The translations under genes and the position numbers were made by a program. Positions 11,619-23,812 of a DNA stretch of 44,793 nucleotides are shown here, piece by piece. The stretch is from assembly GCA_038496445.1 (NCBI GenBank), contig JALMLS010000233.1, forward strand, positions 1-44,793. The letters run 5' to 3'. Within the stretch, counting starts at the first letter, position 1, and each line of letters starts with the position of its first letter. The stretch is from Trichosphaerium sp. ATCC 40318. Lineage: Eukaryota > Protista > Tubulinea. The notes under the pieces were generated by a model. That model was not told the origin of the DNA. It saw nothing but the letters and a program-made list of their open reading frames with translations, and did no database searches.

Positions 11619-13836
11619 ACGAAATTCCGCGCTTTTTCAAATCATTGAGGCAACAACCCACTAACACAAAAATATCTTTCACTGGTACAATGCGCGTAAT
11701 GTGGTTTGTCATCCCAAATGCACATGCGGTTATTATTGTTACGCTTCTACAACACAAAGTTACCTAAGTTGACGCCAAACTATTGCAAGTTGTACAAACG
11801 CTACTAGATCCAAAAAGAGTTTGATGTTGTTCAACAGCAGAAATTGGATGCTTAATGAGTTGGCATCGCGCACACACGTGTAGATGTTGAGCTAAGCGCA
11901 GGTTCCTGATTAGTGTTTTATCCGAATATAAATCGTCAGTACACTGTTTTGCTAAAACCGCCTAACAACCACAACTATTTCTTGTTAGCATCTAACATGC
12001 GCCTTGTTAAAAATCTATCATGTGAATCTAAGTAGTGCTGCTTATAACCTTTGCCTCATCCAAAACAGTCATGTGTTCACCAGACTATGTATGACAAATG
12101 ATTAGATTTAACATAAAAGCACAGGTGTTGCATTCTCCAAAGCTGCAAATAATTCCACAACAGTAATCCCGTCACCCAATATAAATTGTAAGACGATTAT
12201 ATGCGAAAGTCGAACTTTATTTGTTTTGATGATTCTTTTTTTTTCTTTATTGTTAGGGCGTCCACAGCGACTAGCGCTAAGGACCTACCAAAAATTGCGT
12301 TGGGTGTAGAGTGCTTATCGCGCCCCCACTACACAGACCAAAAGCGAGTGCAAAGCTCTCGGCCACGTATAACAGCTGCACCTTCATGATCATGCTGCTG
12401 TCCAACCAGGTAAGTAAGATTTCGGTAACTAAACCCGGCTTTGAAAATTCGCGCAAAACAAAAAGAAATGGTGGTATTACCCTTCAATTTATGATTTTGA
12501 CAGCATAGGCTCCGCAACACCCACCAGAACACTTTATAGGCGCGTTACGGCAAAAATTACAAAAAAAATGTGTTTTATGAAATAAGAGCATGCACTACGC
12601 CTGTAATGATTGCTGGAAGTGCGTTGGCGCCATACGATTCGCTTGTAAACGAACAATAAAAAATTTGAAGGGTTTTACATAAAAATGTCACCACGGACGG
12701 CAACGTACGCCAATAATTGTTATAGTGGGTACGCAGCCTTTCCGTGCCGTACATTTATTTTTTTTTGGACAGCACTGCCTTTGCAAAAAAAAAAAAAAAA
12801 AAGGCGTGCGAAGATGGTTTTGATGGTAAAAAGAAGAAAATAGGGCTGACCTGCCTTAGTGTCAAGCATCCAATCGTAGCACGTCGTACCGGTCCCTTTA
12901 AAGTATCAATCTGGGACACGTGAATGTGCAATGAAGGATAAATAAACAAAGTTTCAAGCCTTACCATACAGCGAGCCCTCACCTTAGCTCCTGCGTACTT
13001 ACACTATTTTACTTACAATATATATATTTTTTTAACCTGACGCACTTCTCTTCCCTGCAATGACTTTTGATGCAAGTATTCCTTTTTTTTTTATGTTGGT
13101 GGTTGCGTGTAACAACAAGTTAAGTATTTTTCTTACCCGACGCTCACCTCCGTTATATTTGGCTTTTTACTAAAGTGGTGCCAAGCCCCTCTTTTTTTTT
13201 ACAATATTTCCAAAGGGCAAACTTACAATGCCTTCAAAAATAAACTTACATGGACGTTGCCTTCTTGTGTTGTGTCTGAAAGCAGTGCGGATAAAATGGG
13301 CGTCTCCAACGGCCGCGGTTCCACCCGCACAAAAGTCGATCGGTAATTCGTCTCGCAGCTGCGGCTACTTTAACATCGTCGACCAATTATTGTAATTTGG
13401 ATTGCAGCACGCTCCTACAACGGTTTTAATAAAAACAGTCTTGATTTTTTGAGCAACCCACAAATATTGTTCAGCGGGCATAAAAAGTACGTACGTTCGT
13501 AGCCAGCATGTTTCGGGTTTACCACGAAAGGTATTCCTCACGCCGAGCCATCAGCAAATCGGCTTTTCGTTTACCTACGTAGTTAGCAAAAATTGCGGTT
13601 CGTACTCTTTGTGGCTATTAGGTGACGCAGAAAAAATATTTGACTGTTGTAGAATTGTATCGGGTTTTTTTTTTGATGTTGAGGCTTTTGGACTTGTCTT
13701 TGTTCAATAGAATTCCTCGCGCTTTTTGACAAATACAAACCATAATGTCAGGTTCTATGCCAGGAATTTAGATGCGGTAAAAGGTGAGTTATTGTTTATT
13801 TACAACCAATCGCAATTGAACATTTTGAAACCACAT

Positions 13837-15128
13837 TCACATCAGAGAACAAGCACCATCCTTGCCACCAGGAACGGAAGGGAACACAGGGTATCCTTGT
13901 CCATCAAACTGAATGTCAGGTGTGAGTTCTTTTAACAGATCTGTAGGTGGTTGACCGTGGCTTTGCATCTACAAGAGCGTTAAACACAAAACAAAACACT
14001 CAAAGAGTTGACAGATACCTTTTGTAGTAAGCCCATTATGTCGTCGAATTCGGCATTGTTGTCATAAGCTGCAAGAATTTCCTGAAGAACTTCAAATTGC
14101 TTTTCGTAGCTGGAGTACTCCTCTGCTGTGAGCTTGTCTTTGTTCGCTTTCAAGTACTCAGGGTACTATACATACACGTCAATTTGAAATGGTTGTATAA
14201 GCAATAATAAACTGTTAAACGCACCTTGTTACCTAACTCTTTGAGCGGCTCCTGAAGAATGTCCTTAGACATCAATTGTTGCATCATATTTTGCATGACA
14301 CCTTTTAAAAAAAAAATGGATTGTCAGTACTGACAAGAATGCATTGGCAGTACCTTGCAGAGAGTCGTTGTTTTCCCAGTCTCCAAGAAACGATTCAACG
14401 AGTTTGTCGACATCTGGTTCGCCACCTCCTTGCGTTTGCTTGGTACACGAGTTAGCGAGGGAACGATAGTCCGTTAACAAGGAGTAATCCGGCAAAAAAA
14501 AAAAAAACAAACACAAAATGTCATTGACACATGAAATAAACAAGTACCTCAAGTTTTTCTCTGTTGGCTTCAATTTCTTCTAAAGCTTTGTTGATTGTTT
14601 GCTGTAGGCTGTCATTTAGTTTCTCTTCTTTTTGCTCCTTTTCTTTTCTCTCTTCCTCTCTTGTCCATTGTGTTACCTCTGACGCTACATTGCGAGTATT
14701 ATTTTTCCAACGAAAAAACAGAAAAAAAAATAAACATATTGGTGTTGAGCCAATTTTGTACATTCACCTTTCGAGGCTTCAAAAAACGTACCAAGTTCTT
14801 TCAGTTCCTTCAAAGCTTCCTTGTCACCATTCTCCACTTTTTGTAAAAGATGTTTCATTCCTGCTTTTACACCGCGAGCTACTTTGTGGGTCTTATCTAT
14901 TTCCATTTCGTCCACCTACATAATTTTTAGAGCCAGTGCAGCGAAAATGACGAAAAAACACTCAAGTACAGGTGGTGTGGCGTCTTTTTCTGTTTGCGGT
15001 GCAGTAGCGCTACGTTTTTCGAGATCATCAAAGTCATTTAACGAGTCTGTGGGTTATGGTAAGTTTTTCGTTCCCAAACTAACCGTGCCGTTAAGAAGAG
15101 CTTCCAAATCATCCATATCGGGTTCCAT
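13837..15128 (-). CDS. PEX19: Peroxisomal biogenesis factor 19
   Basis: N-terminal MDDLEALLNDSLNDFDD; C-terminal MMQQLMSKDILQEPLKEL..YPEYL..MQSHGQPP and CaaX end CSLM-stop. Confidence 0.92.
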
Positions 15129-15358
15129 GATGACAGACGCTGCGTTGTAGCACTTTTAATTTATTGTTTGAAATTGGCTGAAAATATTCACAATTCGCAT
15201 TTTTCAATAAACGTAAAACTCGGCCTAAACTAACTTGTAACGGACTTTATAAACCAACAATACGTTTCAATTATATTTATGGTACGAGTGTTGCTTGGCC
15301 CAGTCAGCAATTTGTAAATTGTGGTTCAAGGTGTCACTTTTTTTTTTGTTTATCAATG

Positions 15359-16121
15359 TTACAAGTTTTTTGGTTTTCTTCGTGGTATGCGAAAAGAAGA
15401 ACATTTAGATGTGAACACCTTGCGAATAGAGTCTGCTAATATTTTTTCCACTGTCAGTTCGGACTTTAGTAGGTCTAATTGCTTTCTACAGATCGGGAAG
15501 TTAGCAGGGTAAATTTCATTTTGTGACATGTGTCAAACTTTTTTGACGAAGGAAATAGGTCAACACGCACTTTGCTACGTTAATTTCTTTTGAAGGGTAG
15601 TTATCTTCCTCTAATTCTATCACTTCCTGCTCCATAACCGAAATACATTTGTTTATGCACCTTTTGACTTTTGGTTAGGACATAAAAGAGAGCAATTGAT
15701 GGTATATTTGACAGCCAATGGTGGGCAGGCCCGCATACCTGTCCCTGTAGTTGAACTCTTCAGTAAAAGCTTCCCACAGGTTTTTACAGCGTGTGGGGTC
15801 ATTATCTGCTTTGTTTAATTCAATATTAACCTTGTCATCTACCTTCCTAACGTCGGTGAGTACAACGCAGTTACATCACAATTTTCTAGTGCTTGTCCGC
15901 TTCGCGTCGTTTTTTGAGCTCATTTAAATCAAAAAAAGTTCGAAACAAACGTAATTGACCACCAAAGGGCCGTATACGCACCTTTTTTGGAGTAAGAAAC
16001 GTTTAAACGTCGTAAAGTGCCAGCAAGGCAAATTGTTGAACTCTTCCTCATTCTCTTTGGCATAATTGGAAGAGACATATACAGGGATACGTTTCAACGG
16101 AGACTCTCCTAGTCCTTCCAT
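15359..16121 (-). CDS. MIX23: Mitochondrial intermembrane space protein MIX23 / CCDC58 (Cid2 family)
   Basis: Spliced CWHFTTFKRFLLQKRKVDDKVNIELN..RCKNLWEAF..INKC..LKSELTVEKILADSIRKVFTSKC matches the family pattern. Confidence 0.75.
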
Positions 16122-16407
16122 GCCGTTGTAGCGTAGGTGCCCGTTCGTATTTTTTTTTTACACTTTTTTAAAAGAAGAAAAGCAACGACTTTCACTCAGT
16201 GATTGCACGTGTGTTATACTGCAAACAACTGTAGTCACGTAACGTATCCCACGTTCCTGCGAGTACGTGCTATAAAAAACACTGAACATAGCCGTGTACA
16301 ACATACTTTATACACTACTTTTTAAAATTGAAGAATGGTTTACAACAATTTGGTATCATTGTATTGCTCATAAAATCACTGTCATTGACAAGCACGTATA
16401 ATTTACA

Positions 16408-17085
16408 TCAAATATTTTCTGTGCCTTTCAATACACCACCCTCGAAGTGTTTTATCTCGATCTTCTTGCCAGCCATATTCCATGAAGTTGACGGGCCATT
16501 TCTAACATCTTCTTTGTAAAAGGTTTCCTCCCATAGAGTTCCGGAATTTGGATAGTAGCATCTATACAATCCATGACGTTTTCCAAATTTGTACTCGCTC
16601 GAAGATATTAGCGTGCCAGCCTCATTCCACCGTTTAGATTTACCATGCCTCTTGCCCTCTACATACGTGCAAACCTCCCACAACTTGGTATTATCGAAAA
16701 AGCGCGTATATTCTCCATGTAGCTTACCTTGTGCGAAGTAGCAACGCACGTGCAGTTCGCCATTCGCGTGCCAAGCCTTGTATTCTCCTTCCTGTGACCC
16801 ATGTGTATAACTAAAATTTTCCCACGGACCACCGTTTGGTCGCTGGCAACTGAAATTTCCCGTTTTGACACCATGTTCGAAACGTATTGTCTGTCGTAAC
16901 ACGCCATTCTCGTGGTACCGTTTCCACATGCCATGTTTCCTCATTTCACTATCAAATCTCGTCCCTAGGGCGAGCGAAAGGCACAAGGTAGACCATTTGA
17001 CTGACACTTCAGGGTCAAGGCCAACGATAATTAGGTGAAGTTCTGGAGGAAGAGCAAGCAGCCTGAGAGACTCTTTTAGTAACAT
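16408..17085 (-). CDS. Intronless MORN-variant repeat protein with an F-box-like N-terminus
   Basis: LPPELHLII followed by repeated (K/R)HG.Y..(W/Y)..NG.L.....Y..G motifs; uninterrupted 225-aa ORF. Confidence 0.85.
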   Translation of the reverse strand: MLLKESLRLLALPPELHLIIVGLDPEVSVKWSTLCLSLALGTRFDSEMRKHGMWKRYHENGVLRQTIRFEHGVKTGNFSCQRPNGGPWENFSYTHGSQEGEYKAWHANGELHVRCYFAQGKLHGEYTRFFDNTKLWEVCTYVEGKRHGKSKRWNEAGTLISSSEYKFGKRHGLYRCYYPNSGTLWEETFYKEDVRNGPSTSWNMAGKKIEIKHFEGGVLKGTENI

Positions 17086-17467
17086 TGTTACCGGTTTTTA
17101 TAAAACGTTATTACCCTGAGCCACAAAAATCATCTTTTGGTGTTTCTTGTTGCATCTTGTGCTGAAAAGACCGGTCGGGATTATAAAGAGAGTGTAATCA
17201 ATTGTTTTTGGTTCAAACTGTATAGTACTTCCGAAAAACCTTATAACACAATCTGTGAGATACAGTTAACGCTGTTTTTGAAGTAAACTAAAGCCATTGT
17301 TTTGCTTAACGTTTTTTCAAGCCGAGTCAAAAAAAACCAAACCGAAATATCTACGGACTTTTTTTTTCGTATAAACGTTGAACATAACTCAAAATTTCTT
17401 ACGAGTGTTGGAACACTTCAGCGACATTTCTCACCATCGTTAATCCAACTTGCAATTCTTTCACACA

Positions 17468-20400
17468 ATGCAACTCTCTGTTGCTACCTTTAAAAGTTTT
17501 GTACTACTCATAATAGGCCTCGTTGCCATATCCAATGCAACAAGAGAGCTTTTTCCATACGACCCTGTGGCCAACAACCGTGTACGCTAAAAAGAATTTT
17601 CAGAAGCGTGCGCTAACGAAACGTTTTCGGTATTAGGCGATCGTTGTAAGCGGTAATGCACGATTTACAGTCCTTACAACACAATTAATTCGCATGGAGT
17701 ACTCCGCTAGCGGAAAGTTCGAGGATCGCGCTACAGTCGCTGTTTGTACGTAATCAGGCTCTCTGTGGCATTTTTATTTTGATTTTTTCACAAAATTCTG
17801 TACTTTCCAAGCAATTCTCTACTTTTCCCCTTCGCAACCTTACTTCTCAACCATTCCTTGTTTTTCAGTACCAGATAAAATTCTTCCGTTTTAAACCACA
17901 TCTTCTCTTATTTTGGCGATTGGTTTCTCCATCTCCAATACCCCCTAACGCTGGGGTCCTTATTACGTTGTGCTAAATCGCGTTTTTAGATCAACGTAAC
18001 CTCACTGTGCCTAAGTTCTCCTCGAAAGTCTCGAACGGAGTTCTTACCATTACCACAGACGCTTTGAGCTTGAGTTACACCACTGGCACTAAATTCTCAC
18101 GCAGTACACTATCTATCAAGTCGGCTTCTGGTGCTTTCCAAAATTGGGATTACAGCTTGAAAAACAAGGATGCCAGGTAAATAGAACCGCACCAAATGAA
18201 TGGTAGTGTGTCACATTATGTTAACTCTCCTCTCCCAGGAATTTGTTTGGCACAATCAGAAGTTTGGATGTTCTCATGGCAGAACCACTCAACTGCACTT
18301 TGAATAAGGACAAACGTGTTCACGACGAATCGTTACATTGCGAATGGGGTCTATTTTCTCGTGACGGTTGGGCATTGCTCGATGATCAACAAAATTGGGG
18401 TCTTACGAAAGGCTTTTTCTGGGATTCCATGAACACTGACGATGTAGATTTGTATTTCTTTGGTCATGGCGTTGACTACAAAAAAGCTATCAGCGACTAC
18501 CAACTCATTGGAGGTAAAGTAGCGATGGTACGTATACAAACAAGCAGATCTGTAGAGAAATAAATGTCTAAAAATTATTTTTTAGGTTCCAAGATATGCG
18601 CTTGGTACTTGGTGGTCCATCTGGATGAACTACAATCAATATGATGTTAAAAATGTAGTTGAAGATTATACCAACAACGGTATGCCTTTGGATGTATATA
18701 TTTTGGACATGGACTGGCACACAAAACAAGGTACGATTTTATTTTATACCATTATTGCTGAAATGTAAGTACTTACTGTAAAACAGGATGGGGTGGTTAC
18801 ACGTTTGATAGACGATTGTTCCCTCACCCTGAGAACGCTCTCGGTTGGCTACACAGCAAAGGTCTTCATACAGGCGCTAACTTGCATGATGACTCTGGTG
18901 TCAGAGTAAATGAAGACTCCTACGCCGATATTGCCCGCGCAGTTGGTTTCAACACAACTGGTGGAAAAACAATTCCATTCACAATCATAAATGAAACATA
19001 CATGAACGCTGTAGAAGACTACGCTCTCTTGCCAAATGAGAAATTAGGCATGGATCTATGGTGGATAGGTACCACTTTTTAATCTAAACATTTGGGCCAG
19101 CACTTACGCAACATTCAGATTGGCAACAAGGTGGCACTCAAGGTAACAGCAAAGGCGGTAAACAAAATCCTACCATCGGCCTAAACCAAGCCCGTGGCAC
19201 TGACAACTTGCGCCGTGGTAATCCAGAGCGCGATATTATCCTCGCTAGATTTGGCGGTATGGGAAGCCACAGGTACAAATAACTTTCGTATTTCTTGTAA
19301 CCATGTTTCCAAATGATGTCAAACATCTAACTCTTCAAAAGGTATCAAGTTGGCTTTTCTGGTGATGTAGAACAAGTAACATGGACCTCTTTGGCTTACC
19401 AACCGTACTTCACTCTGACAGCGTCCAATGTCCTATACGGTTACTGGTCTCATGGTGCGTTATTAACGCTCATTAAACATAATTTTTTCTAACACTTGCC
19501 ATAGATATTGTTGCACCAAACGATTGGGATCATGAACAGCACACACGCTGGATTCAATGGGGTACTTTCTCCCCTATCTTCCGTACTCATGACAGAGGAA
19601 TGTCCGCTGGTACTTGTGCCAACTCCGATCCAGTATCTACTTGTGCCACTGTTGCACCTTGGAAGGTAAACACAAATCAACTTTGAATCTATTTGTCGCT
19701 AACAACTACTCCAAGGTACCTCCTCGCTATGTTGCCATCAACCGTGAAGCTATGGTTAACAGAGCCAAGCTCATTCCATACATGTACAATGCACTTCGTG
19801 AGGCTTATGACACTGGTTTGTCTATAATACGCCCAATGTATTACTACTATCCAAACGAAGAGATGGCATATTCAGCCAACGCAAAGGGTGATTTCCCACA
19901 GTACTTCTTTGGTGCTGATATGATTGTTTCACCAATTGTTGCCCCTGCTGACGCAGGCAGTGATATGGCGTCCCAATCTATTTGGGTACCTCCAGGCAAT
20001 TGGTTTGAACGTAACACTGGTGTAATGCACCAAGGTCCTAAAGTCATCACGCAGAAATACGACTTGAGCGAAATACCAGTATTCGTACGTGCTGGTGCTG
20101 TTATTCCAGAGATTCCAGTAATTACTGGAGATACTTTGGGTCTTGCTGAGCGCCAATACACATCATTGGTACTCAATGTTTTCCCTGGCCAAAAGCAAGG
20201 ATACACCACAATCTATGAAGATGATGGTGCCACTGTCAAGTATTTGGATGGAGCTTCAGCTACAACAACTGTAGATTACATACTCAATGATGATGAAACC
20301 AAGATGAGCGTCTCTGTATCTTCTTCAGGCAGCTACCCAGAGTTTCCATCAAGCCGCGACTACGAGCTTGTGCTCTTCAACAGGTTACCTCTCGTTTCCT

Positions 20401-21457
20401 GTTCTGTCAATGGAAAACAAATCGAATACTCTGCATTCGGCGGAGAGAATACGTGGCATTATGATGGATCACGTATGGCTGTTGTCGTTGAGACATCATC
20501 TTTGAGTACCGCCAACAAGGTAAGTACTCAAGAAATTTAAATGACAATGTTTTAACTTTTTTTTCCTGAATAGGTTACTATTGATGTTCAATTCACCCAA
20601 GCAACCGTTAGCTTGGATGGCCTCCGTGGCAAATTTTATCATGCCAACCTTGCCAAGCGTAACTTAGATGCATCTAGAGTAACTCCTGGTGCTCACAGCA
20701 TCAACGGTGGTGCTATCTCAGTAGCAGCTGCTGCAGGTGAAGAACTATCTTTCCTAGCAGGAAAAGATATGAAGCAGTTCATCCAAACAGTAACTAACTA
20801 CGATTTCTTGTACAAATCTGCATACTCAGAAGTCAACACTTTGAAACCAGCTCAAGCTAATGCATTTGTCCAACTTTGGGATGAAAAGAGGTTTGTTCTT
20901 TTTAGTTTAATGCAGTGAAATTAACATATCCGTTTAGAAAAGATAACTGCTTGTGTGGTTCTGGTACTTGCTTCTATTTGAACGCAAACTATGTACACAT
21001 GCGTATTGAAGGTTACATGCCAGACAAGGATGCAGCTGATGTAGTCCAATTGAACGGTTACTACTCTGTTGATGATACTGATAATCTCGCTTCAACAGAC
21101 ACACGTATCATCAAACCAGGATACACATTTTCCTTTGGTGACGGTTACGTCTTCACTAAGCAAAAACCAAACACAGTACCACTTCAATTGTACTTCAGCG
21201 CAGAGAGAAATGACTACATGAGCGTAGCATCCGATGAGGGTACGTAGCATCTTATGAAAACCCACTTCTTTCCGATAGCCATTTTATGTAGTTTTCGCTG
21301 ACAACTTTTAGGTATCGAGTATGCCTCAATCAGTGGATACAAGCTTGTCGATTCCAACTTGGGATATGTCTACAAACAAACTGTAGCTCTTAAAGAGCAA
21401 CAAGTGAACAACAAACGCTGGGCACACTCTATGGCACTTCTTGAGAGTGCATTGTAA
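17468..21457 (+). CDS. Secreted glycoside hydrolase family 31 (GH31_u1-like) with an extra C-terminal repeat domain
   Basis: Signal peptide MQLSVATFKSFVLLIIGLVAISNA; NARFTVLT..LIRMEY, ILDMDWH, nucleophile motif WWIDWQQG, HRYQVGFSGD, FRTHD, IYEDDG. Confidence 0.92.
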
Positions 21458-21529
21458 AAAATACAAAATCAAAACACATTAACACAAAAACTCAATTTTA
21501 CAAATAAACAACTGATTGTAACAGTATTA

Positions 21530-22654
21530 TTAAAGTACAGTTAAATTACTTCCTAAAGCTTCCAACCCTTTTTGTGTTACTGCAGTTCCATTAACATCAA
21601 CTGTTTTAACACCTATCAGTTCTTTAATTCCAGCATCTGTGATATTACATCCTTCCATTCTTATCTCGTGAACGCCTTTCAAAGCCTTTATACCCTTGTC
21701 TGTAATCTTTTTACAAAAGCTAAGGTTTATACTATGAACACCAGCCAATGAAGCAATTCCTTTATCAGTTATATTAACACAACTTGACATCTTAATTGTA
21801 TGAACGCCAGAAAGAGCAGAAATACCTTCATCAGTAACTTTTTTGTTGTTATTCAAAATGATCTTATTAACACCTGCCAAAGCTTTAAATCCCCTATCTG
21901 TAACATCAACACAACCACACATGAGTACAATATGTGCACCAGCAAGTGCTACAACGCCATCATCAGATATATTACAAAAAGACAAGTTTATACTGTGAAC
22001 ACCAGCCAATGCTTTTATACCTTCATTTGTGATACGTTTACACCACCTGACATTTATGTCATGAACGCCAGCAAGTGCTTTTAAGCCTTCATCTGTAATA
22101 CCATTACACCACGCTAGATTAATGGTATGAACGCCAGCCAAAGCCTTTAAACCCTCGTCAGTCACTTGACGGGAATCTGAAATGTTAATTGTGTGAATAC
22201 CAGCTAACTCCTTGATACCTTTATCAGTTATGTTAGCGCACGCGCTCAAGTTTATAGAGTATACGCCTGAAAGTGCTTTTAAGCCTTCATCTGTAACTTG
22301 CGTATTTGTCAGATTAATGGTATGTACTCCTTTTAAAGCACTTATACCGTCGTCTGTAAGAAATCTGCACCAGCAAAGGGATACACGACGTATCCCTGCC
22401 AAATATTTTATGCTTTCGTCTCTTACGTTCTCAAAGGTACTTACATCGACGTAAGTGTTCTTGAGAAGCGGCGGATTTTTGCGGAATGCTAGAATTGATG
22501 TGTGGTTGTTGAGGCGGACTTTGCCGTATCCTACGTGGCTGTGGACTACTCTTAATAGCAGCCAGCATGTTTGAGCTGCAGTGAATCGCGATGAAGACGC
22601 CAAGAATCTCAGAATAACAGCAATTATTTCTACAGGTAGATTCGTAATTGTCAT
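21530..22654 (-). CDS. Intronless F-box / leucine-rich-repeat protein
   Basis: F-box NLPVEIIAVILRFL and about 13 LRRs of ~22 aa (LAGVHTINLSxCxxITDEGLKA). Confidence 0.92.
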   Translation of the reverse strand: MTITNLPVEIIAVILRFLASSSRFTAAQTCWLLLRVVHSHVGYGKVRLNNHTSILAFRKNPPLLKNTYVDVSTFENVRDESIKYLAGIRRVSLCWCRFLTDDGISALKGVHTINLTNTQVTDEGLKALSGVYSINLSACANITDKGIKELAGIHTINISDSRQVTDEGLKALAGVHTINLAWCNGITDEGLKALAGVHDINVRWCKRITNEGIKALAGVHSINLSFCNISDDGVVALAGAHIVLMCGCVDVTDRGFKALAGVNKIILNNNKKVTDEGISALSGVHTIKMSSCVNITDKGIASLAGVHSINLSFCKKITDKGIKALKGVHEIRMEGCNITDAGIKELIGVKTVDVNGTAVTQKGLEALGSNLTVL

Positions 22655-23023
22655 CGTTGTGCTGAAGTCCTAGACGTCAAACTGGTAAATTTTGGCAATT
22701 GATGATCTAACGAAGCAATAACTGCTCTCCAGACGCACGAATACGCAATAAAGGGTTTTAAAGTCGTGCTGGAGTGCTTAATGGCTAAAACGCAATTGTT
22801 TTAGAAACACTAAGCTCCACGAGCTGGTTGGTGAAGTATACGTACGTATGGCGTATATTAGTGTGTAAATGTAACTTATTAATCAAATGTGGTCACAAGA
22901 AAGGTTGAACGAAACAGTGAACGTTTAATTTTTTTTGCGTTTATTTTTTGACTGGTAAATAATCAACATAATTCTTATCAACAGCTTTTTGTACAGTACA
23001 AGGGCCTCACGTTGAAGCTGTGA

Positions 23024-23812
23024 CTACCTATGCTCAGCGTAAATGCGAAGGGCAAATTGTCCAGCATCCGTGTCCCGAAACTTATTGAAAATAGCTTGTG
23101 TGTCCTTGCTAAACTCATCTATCTTCGGAACAGGAGACCCATAGTTGTCTGGAAACAGAACAGGTGCTGCAAGTGCAGCAAAAGTCAAATCCGCAGCCGT
23201 AAACTTGTCTCCAACCAAGTACCTTCTACCATCACCTAATATACCTTCGACCTTCTCGAATACAGTGAAGATATCTCCAACAGACTTGTCAGCCTCCTTC
23301 TGAGTTATTTTCATTGCACCCCTAGCCATGGCCACTCTTAAAAGAGGAACGACGGTGTATGCTATGCACGACATGACAAAAGATCCCTTTGACACTCCCA
23401 TTCCCGTTTGTAAAAACAATGACGGATGTTTCAATAGTTCATTGTACACAACACGTCTTGTATGAGGGCCAAGTTCTTCGTCAAAATAATCTTCAAGTTC
23501 TTCAACACGTTTGCGATCTTGGTTATCTTTTGGGTAAGGATGCCAAGCAGTTGCAGAGTTCAATGTGTTGAGGTATCTCATGGTATCGCTTGAATTTGTT
23601 TTGACTCCATCTTTCTCTGTTACGAGTACAGGTGTTGCTGTGGACTTACAACTTTTACCAAGGGCTGCTCTTACAGCACTGACATGAGCTCCTGGGGCGT
23701 ATCCTTTCTCTTTGAAGCTGATGCCCATTAGATTCAAGCAGAATCGAACTTTTTCACAGTAGTGGCTTGGATTAATAGTAATAAGTTGATAAAGAGCTGA
23801 GGTGTTATCCAT
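23024..23812 (-). CDS. Intronless glutathione S-transferase family protein (bacterial-type SHYCEK subgroup)
   Basis: SHYCEKVRFCL, TPVL..NSSD and YLVGDKFTAADLTFAAL motifs. Confidence 0.9.
   Translation of the reverse strand: MDNTSALYQLITINPSHYCEKVRFCLNLMGISFKEKGYAPGAHVSAVRAALGKSCKSTATPVLVTEKDGVKTNSSDTMRYLNTLNSATAWHPYPKDNQDRKRVEELEDYFDEELGPHTRRVVYNELLKHPSLFLQTGMGVSKGSFVMSCIAYTVVPLLRVAMARGAMKITQKEADKSVGDIFTVFEKVEGILGDGRRYLVGDKFTAADLTFAALAAPVLFPDNYGSPVPKIDEFSKDTQAIFNKFRDTDAGQFALRIYAEHR

Noticed and set aside
13891-13898. GTATCCTT as a second U12 donor
   Set aside because: It lies antisense within a PEX19 coding exon (GQGYP).
17746-17989. snoRNA inside the unusually long GH31 intron
   Set aside because: No convincing C/D or H/ACA box arrangement is visible; the intron is simply pyrimidine-rich.
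19847-22454. Antisense ORFs over the GH31 and F-box/LRR genes (likewise 14564-15150 and 27940-28248)
   Set aside because: Shadow frames of real genes with no independent motifs.
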